A stretch of DNA of 64,000 nucleotides from contig NC_087246.1 in assembly GCF_037042905.1 (NCBI RefSeq), forward strand, positions 59,396,001 to 59,460,000, written 5' to 3'. The position numbers were made by a program, and so were the translations under genes. The notes beneath the pieces were generated by a model. It had not been told where the DNA came from. It saw only the letters and a program-made list of their open reading frames with translations, and ran no database searches. Below, piece by piece: positions 51,401 to 63,531 of this stretch; within the stretch, counting starts at the first letter, position 1; every line of letters begins with the position of its first letter. This DNA is from Lytechinus pictus. Its lineage: Eukaryota.

Positions 51401-54400
51401 TACTGAGACAAAGCGAACTGTGTTAAGCTGCTTTCGTAAACGCACTCATGCAGTCTTGTTTTTAACATCCAGGGTTCCCCTTCAATGTGTTCTGTACTCC
51501 CTCCTCACATGACGTTGCAAATAGTATTAGGCTCCAACACAGGTCGTGGCAGGTCTTCGAACAGCATACCAAACTTTGTTTTTGCAGAGCCCTGGGGGAC
51601 AGAGCGAGAGAGAAAGTGGTGGCTGGGGTAATACTGATGGAGGCCGGGCCTAGAGTCTGCTGCCAGCATTATTCTGGATCATGTTTCTTGTTTCATGTTC
51701 ATTGTTCCTGTTCTTTTTATGTATCTTTCTTTCTAATTATTCCTATTTTTCTCACAAGAAAGAGAGAATTGCTTTTAATATTCACCAAATTGGTTTGCTA
51801 CAGGGAGGATGCGAAGAATAAATATAACCCCCCCCCAAAAAAAAAGAACAAAAAAAAGAATGAGAATAAAATTTAGAAAAACTTAGAATACTATTACAGT
51901 ACTACAATGTAACTGCAAATTTTAAACAAGAGCAATTTATTATAAAAGGATATCCTGAAAATCTTGGCGATCTTTGAAAAAAATAGTCTTAAAAAGTTTT
52001 ATGTTGGTTGACATTTACTTCTCTTCCAGCATAACAGCTACATGTAGACGTGAATGAATTGGGGGAAAAATAAATATTTAAAAAACGGGACTGAAATACA
52101 CATATTGGATAATGCATCGTACACTAACTCCCCTGAACCTTAAGTTTAATTTTCACAATCTTTTGTAATCAGAAGGTTTGTCCAATTTATCTTGGATGAG
52201 TATTTCATTCCATTTCACTTAAAGTATTGGAAATGAGGCTCTAATTGTTTGAAAAATAGATGTATATATGAATGCACTGTAGGCATTTTAGAGAACTAAC
52301 AAGTCTCCCCCATTGTCAAAGAGGCTCCAGAAAACTTGAAGAAAGCTTGATTTTATTTGATTACCATGCAAGAAGAAAATTTCATCAACTCCTTCCAGAC
52401 ATACCTGTGAATATTATTGATGGCAGCTCTTCAGTGAGATGTAATGATTTGTTTTGAATCTTTTCTTCACTTTTGTGTAGGATTCTAGGGATGTGCATTT
52501 CAAATTTCAGTACTCAGTTTGAAAAATAATACCCTCTTATTTTAAGTGTTGTGGACAATTAAATGAAAGAATCATGCAAAATACAAATTTGGCAAAAAAT
52601 TGTTGACAAGCTTCCTGACACAGGTATATGAATGTTCAGGACCATGTAATGAACCATCATAGTTCAAAGGAAAAAGCAGAGATGAATATTGGACAAGCCT
52701 TCATTTCAATTTCCAACTCCTTTCTTTACTCTCCCTTCTCATGCCTTGCCAGAGTTACATTGGCATTATGGATAAATCTTCAGAATATCATTTGAGCAAA
52801 TCATTGAGCAATTTTATCTAATCTGTATATTTGGCTGTTTTGTGTTTGTTTTTGCTTCTGAATCAAGGTTGAACAGAGATCCCGTTCCAGGTCGTTCACT
52901 AACGTGTCTTCAGCTCCCGTCAAAACTAAGAGACTTTCCTTTTCGTGTAAGACAAAATTGATTCATTTAAATGTATTGTTAATATAAACTGGGAACCAAA
53001 AGCTGAGACAAGTGTTGGAAAGATTTTGCTCATTAGAGCATACAGAAGACCACATTGCTATAACAAATCCACCTTGTACCTAGATAGTGGTTCAAACTAC
53101 AACTAATTGTATCATTTTTTTAAAGCATTTCTTTTTGCATACACAACATAGGTCATGTGGAAACCCTACCCTATCTTGTTGATAGATATCGTTTCAATAA
53201 ATTTCATGATTGTCAGAAGTTGAAAATCCTCTCTCTATTGTCACACCACTATACTATCATTGCAATGGAGGGGGGGGGGGCATTAACCCTTACCGTGCTG
53301 ATGTGACTATACTATTTGAACCGATCATTCTCTGAAAAAGAATTTAGTGGTGAAAATTTCTAAGTTTTTTGGATGATAAGAACTACTGGTAAGCGTTCTA
53401 TAATAATGCAGCAAATATAATCCAGCTTTAGCAGAGCAGCTGTCATGCACTTCTGCATTCTTGCTGGGTTCTGATTTTCCTCACCTGGATCGAGAGCAGC
53501 AAAATTCGGATAAATTCCTTGAAGGAATGAGATCCAGTTTTCTAAGTATATTTTATTTCATGCTTCGATAAAATTTTTAATAGAAAGTTCAATTTTTACG
53601 AAGTATCCATTTTGCCCCTCATACAACCAAATGACAACCAAAAACCAAAATACAATCAAATTAGAAATGGAGATGTAACTGAAATTGGCAGCTCATTACT
53701 GCAGTATATCATATTTTTCATGCATTAAATATAATGAAATATGAAAAATTTGTTATTATTTGAAAGAGCATTTACATTTTCTTCAAATATTGTGTGCAAC
53801 ATATAAACTTTGTAAGGGACTGGATGTATATAGAAGAACTCCCAGTGTTTCAAAAATAAACATTTTGTAGAGTCTTTGAATCAGAAATCCCCTGTTGCTG
53901 TAAGAAGGAAAGTGTATTCTTGGGGATGATTCATCGGAGATTGTATATCTCGCATTGACCAACCATTATATTTTATAAACTGAACCCCACAGCCAAGGAC
54001 AAAGCCAAGGAGACCACAGGAGAGGAAGACAAACCAGAAGGCGTAGTCAACGCTCCTCAGGTTAAGAAGAGACGCTGGGGATCAACCAAGAAGACCACTG
54101 CAGATGTAGCCAAGAAGACCAATGTCAACATCAGTACACAGCTTCTCAAGGTATGCTATTTTATTGTCTAGGTAGTTATGGTAATAAGGATTATGTAGTT
54201 CATGAAGCGTTCATATCTGCTCTGTAGAGTGCTCATTGCCATTGTTACCCTTGCTCTAATCCATCCATCTGCAATGTTGATTTAGATTAGGCTCTAAAAT
54301 TTTATACATATATGCCCTCTTTTACCTTGCTTAATATCCTCTACCGTTTTACAAAAAATAGTTCACATGGGATAACAGAAATAGATCAGGGAATTTTCAA

Positions 54401-57400
54401 GCAAAGTCTTATTCAAGGTATTGATACCTGTGGCTAGAATACACAGAAGAGGTTTAAAAAAAAATTTAGTGGGGGGGGGGGGTAACTTGAGTCTCTTCTT
54501 GGTTTTTTTTAAGGAGGTTATCTTTATAACTAGAGATCTATTTATTTCTAACGTAGGATATCATTCCGGAGATTAAGGTTCCAGCTTCTGAGTTGGAACT
54601 GGACCTAGAACCAGAGGAAGGGGAAGAATCCATGGAGGTCGGTGAGGTAGGAGAGACTAAGAAAGATGAAGAGAAAGCAGAACCCGTGGAAGATGAAGAG
54701 GCCACTCAAGGACCACCCAGGAGGAAGTTTATAAGGCAAACCATCACTGCACCAGTAAGTATTCCATGAATCTTGTCATTGGTGGTGGTGATGTAGATGG
54801 TGGTGATGAAAAGGTCATGCTTCTTCTGCTGTTGCTCATGATCAAAAGTAGTGAAAATATAATTTATTTGAAATAGAATTAGATTGTGGATGATGTCGAC
54901 GATGGCGATAATGATAATAATGATGACGATGATGGCAACAATGATGGTGATGATGGTGATGAAGTTCATGCTTCTTCTGCTGTTGTTGATGATTATAATA
55001 CTGAATATATTTATTTGAAACATATAGATTTCTAACTCGATCATTCAGACATTGCTTTCTTTCTTTTCTGAAGTCCTCACTATGGTTTATATTGATAGCA
55101 ATTATTTTATGAAATTTCTATAGGGTGCTCAACACGAGGAAGAGAGTGACATCGACTACGAGGAGGATGAGGAGGATGACATGGTAACAAGGAAGGTTCA
55201 ACAAAGAGATGAGGATGAAGAGGAAGAAGAGAAAAAAGAGAAAAAAGAGAAAGGAAGCGGAGATGAGGAGAGTGATAGTAGCAGTGAGGAGGAGGATGAT
55301 GACAAGGAAGGGTTGGAAGATGATGGAGAGAAGGAAGGAGAGGATGGTGATAAAGAAGAGAGGAAGAAGAAAAAGAAAAAAATTGAAACACCCAAGGATG
55401 AAGGAAAGGAAAATAAGCAACCGGAAGTTAAAGGTAATTATTCAAGGAATCATTTTCTTTCAGATTTGAAAATTAATAGACTGTACTTGTATGTTAGGGA
55501 CATAACTGATATTTTCCATATTCTTATTTTATGTAGATTGTATTACACAAGTTAATTTAATTCCAACACAAAACATTGATTCACCGGACGTTTTAACAAA
55601 TTTTTAAAAATAAACAAAAAGTTATCGGACAAATGAAAATACTCATTCTGCAATCAAATTCTTATCATGATGATAATTAGGAGATTGTTTTGAGAACATT
55701 ACGGCAAAGACTTGCTCTTCAAAATGTCCTCATAATTCCCTCAAATTCGATTTAGTGAATAGCAAGTTACAGCTGAAGATTTCACGCTGACGATATTTGG
55801 GTGCAGTCCCATATAAGTTTGTGCACAGCATTTGACCTTCGGAAGATTCGTGTCAATTCATTACCATTATGGCCATTCCATTGCTTTTCAGCAATCACCA
55901 GTTCTTAGTTGCATTTTGAACAGCCTTTAAAAAATCAATTTATTAAAGACAGTTTCCTCCATTATCAAATGGAAAACCAGGACTAAATTTTATCTTTAAA
56001 AATCACAGCGAAAAAGGTTATCCAGATCAAGAGAGCTGTGCGTACGATGATCGACGAACCAATCCGGAATACAGAACGTGACCCCAGCCCCTCAAAACGA
56101 GAGCTGAGTAACATCATCCACGTCAACAACCTGACGCGACCTTTCACCTTACCACAACTCAAGGAGCTGCTTGGTCGATATGGGACGCTGTCTGCAGACG
56201 GCTTCTGGATGAACAATATCAAATCACACTGCTTTGTAACTGTAAGTTTCTTTGGGCCTTTTTCGTGTTAGGAATTTAACAATTTCCAATCCCCCCTCCC
56301 CACGCCACATTCGAGATCATTCAAATAAGGCCTGCGTCATGCGAGTTATGAGCATATATTCACATTTCATATTAAAAGATCAGCTTGCATGGCTTATGTT
56401 TTTATTTCCATTAGTGTTTATTTTTAAGTTCCCCATTTATTTCTCTTTCTCTCTGTTTACCTCTTTTTATTCTTTCCCTTTCATGTTTTGCTTATTCTGC
56501 AAGCAGATTTTTTATTTTTGTATGATACAGTTATTTTATTCATTATTATGCTATGCAATCATATTGTACACTGACTCTAATGAACATTTTGAAATTGACC
56601 CTTTCACCTACTTTCAGCCACCACTGTTCAATTTTTAATACCAATAATTCAATCAATTACAATAATCATGTGATAAAGACAACTCCCAATGAGTTATATT
56701 CTTATTATTGTCTTTTTTTCTTTTATTCTAGTATGAGAGCTCTGATGAAGCCACGGCTTGCCGCGAAGCCCTTCATGGCACCACATGGCCAAGCAGTAAT
56801 CCAAAGAAATTACGTGTAGACTTCTCAGATATTAACGAGGTAAGACATTGTCAATCACCATTACATGCATACAGTTTTAGGTATTCAGTTGTGAAGTGGG
56901 GTGATGAAATATTACATTCATTAAAGTTTCTTTCTCTGGGCTTGCCGGACATTGCAGTGTTGTTTTCTACGTTCAATACTCAGCATTAAGAAGTGCATTT
57001 GTGGTGGGGCTCACTAACTTTTGAGCACAACTGTAAATTCATCCAGAGCTGCCAAGTAGTAAGATTTTATTTTATTTAGTAGGATTTTTGAAACTTGTAA
57101 GAATTATGTTTTTTCGTATGTTTTTCAGAATTTTAAGCTTGAAAATGGGATAACAAGAAATAAAGAATTTTTTTTTCACAATGAAAGTTGGCAGCTCATC
57201 ATGCATGCACCAGTGTCTTGCCGATTCAATGTACTCTTTGTTTTCAAAGGAAATGTGCAAATTTACAGTATGAAAAATTTGACATTGATGGCTTTCTATA
57301 ATTGAGGTTGAGCCGTTCAATCAAAACTCTTTGTAAGATAGGACCCAGAGCTCTATGATACGAAGAATTGAGTTGGTACATCATTAACCAACGTAAAGTG

Positions 57401-60400
57401 AAAAAAGAGAAAGCAGAATTAAAAGTAATACAAGTTGTATCAAAGAAAATTGATCAAAAGTCAATAATGAAAATAGGTTTCCAGTTTGTCAGTCATAAAA
57501 GAAAACTTATTTATGATAGATATGTGTCAGTTACTAAAGGAAACAAAGATCCAATTGCTTTTCAAGTGAGTGGGTACACAATAACATTCTGATATCAAGT
57601 CAAATTCTGAACAGCTGATCAATCTGAAGGATAATGGATGACCTTAAATTTTAGATATGAATCAGAGACGACCATGGATGGATTGTGCAACTGTTGACTC
57701 GTTCGTCATTCTAAATGAAAAAGTAAATGTGACGTATTGGTGAATGCTGAACACACATTGTACATACTAGATAGTTTGCCCTCTACTTATCACTCTGTGT
57801 TTGATTTGTTCTGTGCACATCAACTTGGAAATGCCAGCACTCATGCTGTGATTGTGATGTACATGAGGACAATTCCACATGTATTTGTATTGGAATTGGA
57901 GTTAAACTAGTTTTTGGAGCAGCTCCCTGGCTAACAAGAATTTTTCTCTCAGAATTATTTGTGCAACGTGACATTACTTGACTGTTTTCCAGGAAGATTA
58001 AGGTTTTTTCTTTAAAATCACTTTCAGCTGCAAGCTTGTAAAAAGACTTGAAATTGTCTGGAATTGTAAAGTAATGCCAAATTTTGTACATGGATGTAGA
58101 TTACACTTTGGATTATTGTGGAGGTTTCGTGGTATAGTGGATATTCCTCTGGACTGTAGGTCATAAGTGCATGGTTCAAATCTTGTTGTAGCTCTAATGT
58201 TCAATGCTCTATATTTGCCTCAGTCTGTTCTGGTGAAGTAAATGGGTACCCAATAGGAATGAGCTGAAACTGCAAGTAAATGCTAAAGTGCTCTGTTGAG
58301 ATCTATGCCTGAATCAGGACAAAGACTTTTCATAATTTTCTAAATTTTTAATCTTATTTAATAATGATGAACTTTCTTTTTCAACTTTGACCAACTGCAA
58401 TTGTTTCATATTTCATCAACGCACCTCCACAATTCTTATTGGCAGCTGAATAGACACATGGGTGTGGTTGTCAAGAAGGAGCCAGTCAAGGCGGAGCCTG
58501 CCAAGGAACCGGAACGCAACACCGCAGCCCGCAGGGAGCGTATCCTCCACCAGGACAGGGAGAGGGACCTGGAGCAGGAGAGACGGACCAAGGAGCGTGA
58601 GAGGGAGAGGGAGCGCGCCCGTAAGGAGAGGGAATGGGACCGGGGCAAGGAAAGGAGCCAGTCTCCTCCTGAGAGGAGAAGACGTACCAGGTCACAGGAG
58701 AGGAAAGACAGACATGAAGGTATCGTGTGATCATGTTCACTTTTTTTTTTGGGGGGGGGGGGTAATCCAGTCTGAAAAGCCCAGGTAAAATAGGGGTCAA
58801 TTTATCAATCATTTTAAATTGAAAAAGGTATCCTTGACTTGTTCACATCTCCTGGAGTCAAGATTGAAGTATTATCTTGGTCATTGTTCTATTTTTTCAC
58901 AGACGTATTGCCCAAATTTAATTCTTATGGGTTCCTTTTTGTGTGAAAAAAAAGTTTGTGCTTGTATTGTGAAGATTAGCAGCAGCAGCATTGATTTGTG
59001 CCTAAGGAATGGTTAATGTTTATTGGCATTGTTCATGGCTGAACTCCACTTACAACTTATGAGAAGACAAGATAAGAAAGAATGTTAAATGGAAGTCTGT
59101 ATACAACTACTTCTGAAAATTTATGATATGACTGGACGGACTAGAATCCTTTATGTGATACTCCCTTCTCTGTTAGTTATCCTCTGATTCAGTATATTAT
59201 TGCACCGTATAGAAGAGCCTTTCATCAACATTTTATGCCTGTACAAGTTGTCAGATCTGACAGTTTTACTTAAATTTGATTCTCTGGTAGAGTCAGATAA
59301 AACAAACTTTGTCAGATAACACATCTGACTAGATCTTTCAATGCTCTTAACCCTAAACAGGGGGGGGGGTTGATTCAACCCCCCCTCAACATTTTCTGCG
59401 CAACATTTTTTGACCGCGCCACTCGCAGAGTTTATACTTGTAAGTCTCGCGCATCTTTTGAGACCAAATTCACAACACCCGGGTACGCGGTTCCGAAATT
59501 ACGCAACATTTCGTACGTGCATGTCAGACCCAAAATTGTTCCAAAACGTGATTTTGTGTACAAAGTCAATGCAAATTGAGTTTTCTCATCTTATTCATAA
59601 AGATATTATTATTTTTACTTTAAACAGCTGAAATCAATTGATTTTAGCATAATTATGATTCAAAAGGGTTGTGCAATAAATCTGGTGAAAAAAACAAAGA
59701 AAAAAAGGTTGAAAAATAAAGAAATACATAAGAAATTCATAAAACAATAAAATACATAAGAAATTGATTTCCAAACCGAAGTTTTTTTAAATTGCGATTG
59801 TTAAGAATGCTACAAAGAATATTTTTACCAAAAATTAGCATTCTAGGAGCTTTATTTAGTGAATTAGAGCAAAAAGTATGATTTATGCATAAATTAGCAT
59901 AATTAATTCATATAAAATAAAATCTCATTATTTTGGAAAATTTTACCATACAGCCTTGTAGATTACATCGCACACTACCAGCATGCACATTTTTGCGGCG
60001 AATCAACCCCCCCCCCCCCCCCCCGGCCACAGAACAGCCAAAAAAGCCCGGCCTAGTTAGGGTTAAGAAGTGCAATACCACAGCCATCTACCCCCATCTC
60101 ACCAGTTCCAAGAAGCCCAAGTGCCACAGAGAGCTCTGGTTATGTTTCTTTTTGTTATATTTTCAATCAATTGGCTTTGAACACATCTGCCATGAATGTT
60201 GTAAACCGCTGCCACTAAAAGATTAATCTGCACAATCTTAACCAACAGAAGTGAAGAAAGAAGAGAAAGAAGTTGATGAACCTCCTGCCAAATTGTTGGA
60301 TGATTTATTCCGAAAGACCAAAGCTACCCCATGTATATACTGGTTACCTCTGACAGAAGAACAGGTATGTACTTCCTTCTTAATGCCCCCTGATGTAGAA

Positions 60401-61993
60401 TCACAACAAAGTCTAGTTTTCAGACTTTTTGTCTTCATTCAGCTTAGTGCTGTATTATAAAAGTCTATTCTAATTTCAGTTTAATGAAGAGTCAAAGTGG
60501 ACGTTATTATTATTACTTATTATTTGTGCTGCGCTTTTCCCATTAGGCCCAAAGCGCTTACAATGAATTAATTAAATGTAATATTTTAAAAATTACAAAG
60601 TATGAAAGAGATGAGTTTTTAATGACTTTTTGAAAATTGCTAATGTTGGAGACTGTCTAATTATTAGTGGCAGGTCGTTCCAGGATTTTGAAGCCGACAC
60701 CGTAAAAGTTCGGTCACCAGCTAATGTACGAGTTAATGAATATGTGAGGCGAAGGTGATCACTGGCTGACCTAAGTGCTCTAGTTGGTGTATACAGATTC
60801 AAGCAGTTACTTAAATACTGTGGAGCCTGTTTATTCAGTGTTTTGTAGACAATCAAGAGTAATTTGAATGTAATTCTCTGTTTAAAAGGAAGCCAGTGAA
60901 GAGAATTAAAGAGTGGTTGGGAAGGATGATCTTGGGAAACCTGTAAAATTAATTGTGCTGCCCAATTTTGTAGTCGTTGAATACGGATTAATTGATTAGA
61001 GGGAATTGTAGAAAGGAGCCCATTGCAATAATCGATACGAGACAGAACCAATGAACGAACAGCATTGTGACAGGCAGACTAATCAATGAACCTTCTGATT
61101 CTAGAAATGTTCCTTAAATAAAAAGTGACTGTGCTACAGATATGAGAGATATGGTACGACATTGACATGAAGTCAAATTTCTCTATATTTGTTTTCAAAC
61201 AGCACACTCACACGAAACTCAGTATTCATAGCTTTTATTTTTTATTGTTGCTATTTTTGAGATTTATTTTCTCAATGAAACGTAACTGTGAAATGCGAAA
61301 TTGTGCATTAGTATTTGTAGTCATTTTCATTTCACCTCCAAAGTTCACAGGCAGGTGAGTCTCTTAGTAGAATTTCTTGGAATCACAGAAATTTGATATG
61401 GAAGAGGAAAATTATGCTTTTTACAATCTTGCCTGAAAAAAAAGCTTTGACATGCAATTATTAAAGAAAAGGTTAATGTATGGAAACTTGATTTTATTCA
61501 AAGTGCCATACTGGAGTAGGATTTACAGGCCTTAGATTCTAATCAGGGCCAGGCCGTTTTTACATAGGGTACTTTTTTAGATTACAGCACAAATGAGATA
61601 TAAAAAAAAGCACACAAAAATCTCCAAAGCTAGTCAGTGGGACCATCACTGCCATAGCCTGGGTGGCCTTGGATCAATTAAAGCCCCGATTTGAAATATT
61701 CATTGAATCAAAATCTGTCCGACCGTAATTTCCACAATGAAAATTTCATAAATAAATTGTGTATTTTGAACTCGGTTTCATGTTGGCAGGCTTTAGAGCG
61801 TGAGAAAACAAAGGCCAAGCTGGCTGTGCAGAGAGAAGCACGCAGGATGACACAGGAAGACCGATTGAAGGATGTAAGGGATAAAAGCCGGGAGGATCGG
61901 ATGAGACGAGATAGAGAGCGCCCCCGGGCCAGGGAAAGATCATTGAGTAGAGGGAGGAGAAGCAGGAGTCGTAGCCGTGGAAGGAGACGATAG
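33267..61993 (+). CDS. ACIN1: Acinus (apoptotic chromatin condensation inducer; ASAP/EJC-associated splicing factor), 14 coding exons, ~1127 aa
   Basis: Exons 33267-33410, 37165-37224, 37775-37859, 38789-39983, 48933-49152, 52868-52946, 53993-54150, 54557-54754, 55124-55433, 56009-56241, 56732-56839, 58446-58719, 60249-60364 and 61790-61993. All GT-AG with consistent phases (3384 nt). SAP domain, [16 protein letters not shown] ([21 protein letters not shown]), RSB motif [22 protein letters not shown] tail. Confidence 0.93.
33593..34164 (+). other. Long multi-helix inverted repeat (candidate pre-mRNA structure) in ACIN1 intron 1
   Basis: Six nested complementary blocks, e.g. 33593-33611/34146-34164, 33615-33681/34065-34130 and 33815-33831/33878-33894 (17/17). 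Confidence 0.85.
35199..35935. mobile_element. Degenerate hAT-like MITE with GGTGGCCC / GGGCAA subterminal repeats
   Basis: CAAGGCTCCACATTAAC start; TGGTGGCCC repeats on the left, CGGGCAA repeats on the right. Confidence 0.5.
37165..37224 (+). CDS. ACIN1: ACIN1 exon 2
   Basis: TTTTTTTCAG|[23 protein letters not shown]|GTAAGT; 60 nt. Confidence 0.82.
37775..37859 (+). CDS. ACIN1: ACIN1 exon 3
   Basis: [19 protein letters not shown] resembles the vertebrate Acinus NSFIKQYLEKQQELLRQR segment. Confidence 0.9.
38789..39983 (+). CDS. ACIN1: ACIN1 exon 4 (large acidic disordered region)
   Basis: 1195-nt open E/S/T-rich exon; phases 1 and 2 fit its neighbours; AG|GTAAGT donor. Confidence 0.9.
42048..43419. 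mobile_element. Tc1/mariner-type non-autonomous element with ~330-bp TIRs, containing a small hAT-like insert (~42650-42927)
   Basis: TA-CAGTGC.TATAAAAAAAAACGGGACAGATTTGAA ... TTCAAATCTGTCCCGTTTTTTTTATACGCACTG-TA. Confidence 0.9.
43422..43661 (-). mobile_element. Partial Kolobok family B MITE
   Basis: Reverse complement of the first ~230 bp of 63145-63531; ends ATCT-TTAA. Confidence 0.75.
43719..44309. mobile_element. Kolobok/T2 MITE (family C) inserted at TTAA
   Basis: TTAA-AGGAGAATGAAA ... TTTCATTCCCCT-TTAA; ~170-bp inverted arms. Confidence 0.88.
44641..45287. mobile_element. Unclassified TIR element, 647 bp
   Basis: TCATCGGCGTTCATTCGAACTATCGTATC vs reverse-complemented right end TCGTCGGCGGTCATCCGAACCGTCGTATC; no clear TSD. 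Confidence 0.75.
46756..47150 (+). mobile_element. Kolobok/T2 MITE family B
   Basis: TTAA-AGGTAAATGCTAGT ... ACTGGAATTTCTCT; homologous to 63145-63531. Confidence 0.82.
47290..47878. mobile_element. Kolobok/T2 MITE family A
   Basis: Reverse-complement homology to 21699-22302. Confidence 0.85.
48933..49152 (+). CDS. ACIN1: ACIN1 exon 5
   Basis: [22 protein letters not shown]...PSQK; phase 2 in, phase 0 out. Confidence 0.82.
52868..52946 (+). CDS. ACIN1: ACIN1 exon 6
   Basis: [26 protein letters not shown]; needed to bridge phase 0 to phase 1; resembles vertebrate KRKISVVS. Confidence 0.75.
53993..54150 (+). CDS. ACIN1: ACIN1 exon 7
   Basis: KKRRWGS...NISTQLLK. Confidence 0.9.
54557..54754 (+). 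CDS. ACIN1: ACIN1 exon 8
   Basis: DIIPEIK...; 198 nt; CCA|GTAAGT. Confidence 0.88.
54780..55000. repeat. (GAT/GGT)n microsatellite with a ~150-bp local duplication
   Basis: GGTGATGAA..TCATGCTTCTTCTGCTGTTG at ~54800 and ~54955. Confidence 0.75.
55124..55433 (+). CDS. ACIN1: ACIN1 exon 9 (E/D/K-rich)
   Basis: 310-nt purine-rich open exon; phase 0 in, phase 1 out. Confidence 0.85.
56009..56241 (+). CDS. ACIN1: ACIN1 exon 10 (RRM N-half)
   Basis: [37 protein letters not shown]. Confidence 0.96.
56732..56839 (+). CDS. ACIN1: ACIN1 exon 11 (RRM C-half)
   Basis: [36 protein letters not shown]. Confidence 0.95.
58121..58250 (+). mobile_element. Degenerate tRNA-derived SINE
   Basis: A-box-like GTGGTATAGTGG, B-box-like GGTTCAAATC, then the GTAAATGGGTACC core; no intact cloverleaf. 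Confidence 0.55.
58446..58719 (+). CDS. ACIN1: ACIN1 exon 12 (RE/RS-rich)
   Basis: [15 protein letters not shown]. Confidence 0.92.
59351..60062. mobile_element. piggyBac-type MITE, 712 bp
   Basis: TTAA-CCCTAA ... TTAGGG-TTAA. Confidence 0.88.
60249..60364 (+). CDS. ACIN1: ACIN1 exon 13 (RSB motif)
   Basis: [29 protein letters not shown]. Confidence 0.97.
60504..61168 (-). mobile_element. 5'-truncated L2-group LINE 3' end in ACIN1 intron 13
   Basis: [42 protein letters not shown], then a 3' stem (AGCGCTTT..AAAAGCGC) and a (TAA)n tail. Confidence 0.9.
61790..61993 (+). CDS. ACIN1: ACIN1 exon 14 coding part (RS tail, stop)
   Basis: TTGGCAG|[14 protein letters not shown]. Confidence 0.92.
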   Translation, partial: ALEREKTKAKLAVQREARRMTQEDRLKDVRDKSREDRMRRDRERPRARERSLSRGRRSRSRSRGRRR

Positions 61994-63144
61994 AAATAAC
62001 TTGTTGTTCATGTAGTATGGTGGAAATTTGGTAAACAAGCTCCTTGTGCCATGATTCTTGTTTGGATTGGTCCAACAAACCTCAGCCAAAATTGTCATAC
62101 TTTTAAATAATGTTGAAAAGTGCTCCACTTACGCTTATAAATACATATGGTAAGCTTCAAGCATACACAATTTTCAAATTACAGTACATGGACAAACAGC
62201 ATTCACAAGTTGTATTATGCTCAGAAATTTCAACTTTGGCATTCCATTAAAAAATAACCTATTTATTCACCCAATCCCCAGTTTCCCCCTTTCTTACTTC
62301 ACTTCCTAAACTGCTCAAGTCATGATCATTTGAGCACATTACATATTTTCAATAGAACTGGAAATAAGAGACACATAATTTCAGGAAGATCTCACATGTT
62401 GGGGATTGGACTTACATATTATGGATTGCCCTTGTGCAACAACAAGTTATTGATTGTTTGTTGCAAGGAAGAGAGATTTTATGAGGAACAAAATTAACAT
62501 TGAAGCGTTTGAGGAAATGGCTGTGCCAGTTTTTGTGTGCATGGAACATGATATTAGTTCTCCTTCTAATTCTTCTGTAAGAGAAGGAAATCTTTACCAT
62601 TCTACAAATCTTGCATTGTCTTTGTCGCAGCAAAACACTTTTCATGAAATGGAGCGAGACAATTAAACTTACTTATCTATTAATACATTAAAAGATGGTT
62701 CTAGAATTAAACACAAGCTGTTAGGTAGAAATAAAATAAAAAATCAGATTTTAGGTAATCAATCTAATTAATTCTTCAAGGAAATCATGTTTTAATGAAG
62801 CAAAAATGAGCACATGCTGTTTGGTACACAATAGTAGGCATGCTCAAATTTTACAACTTGTACTAATTAATTTTGTCTTGTCTTCATTCTTGTGTTTGCC
62901 CTTGAAAAATGAGAGTTAATTTTTTTTTCGTAAGTTAAGGGTGACTTTAAGAATGACTGATGATCCTTGTGGTATATGATATTTACCATTAAATGTTCAT
63001 TGGTGATTAGAGCGTAAGAAAGGTTTACCAGTCGTAGTTGCTCTTAACTTCTGAGTAGCTTCATGAAACACTCACCAAGGCCCTGTAATATAAAGCTAGT
63101 GCATTGAACTAGGGGTTGATTTATTTGATTGATTCCATTGTTGA

Positions 63145-63531
63145 AGATAAATACCAGTTGTGGTAACAATCTCAAAATGAGTTCGAACAGAATCCATTGA
63201 TATTACCACCTAAGTGTTTGTATAAATAAAAAATATGTGCCAAATGGCTCTGGAAAAAAACGTGTAATTGCTGGGAAGTGAGCAAAATAAGCGCGGAATT
63301 CCATCAAATGTGGGGTATTTTTCTAAGCAATATTAATACACTGTCCTACATATGATTTTCTGTGTTTAATGATCATGAGAATTAGCGATTTTGAGCTAAG
63401 ATTTCATGCTTTTACAAAGATTAGTTTCCATTAATGTACCTGATCTAGATGTATGATGATATTTTGACAATCTTGATTTAAAAGACTTTATCACGAAATA
63501 ATTGTTTGCTGCAACAAACTGTCTTTTACCT
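63145..63531 (+). mobile_element. Kolobok/T2 MITE family B
   Basis: Homologous to 46756-47150; ends ACCT-TTAA. Confidence 0.8.

Noticed and set aside
58121-58200. tRNA gene
   Set aside because: A/B boxes only; no acceptor stem; continues into a SINE-like core.
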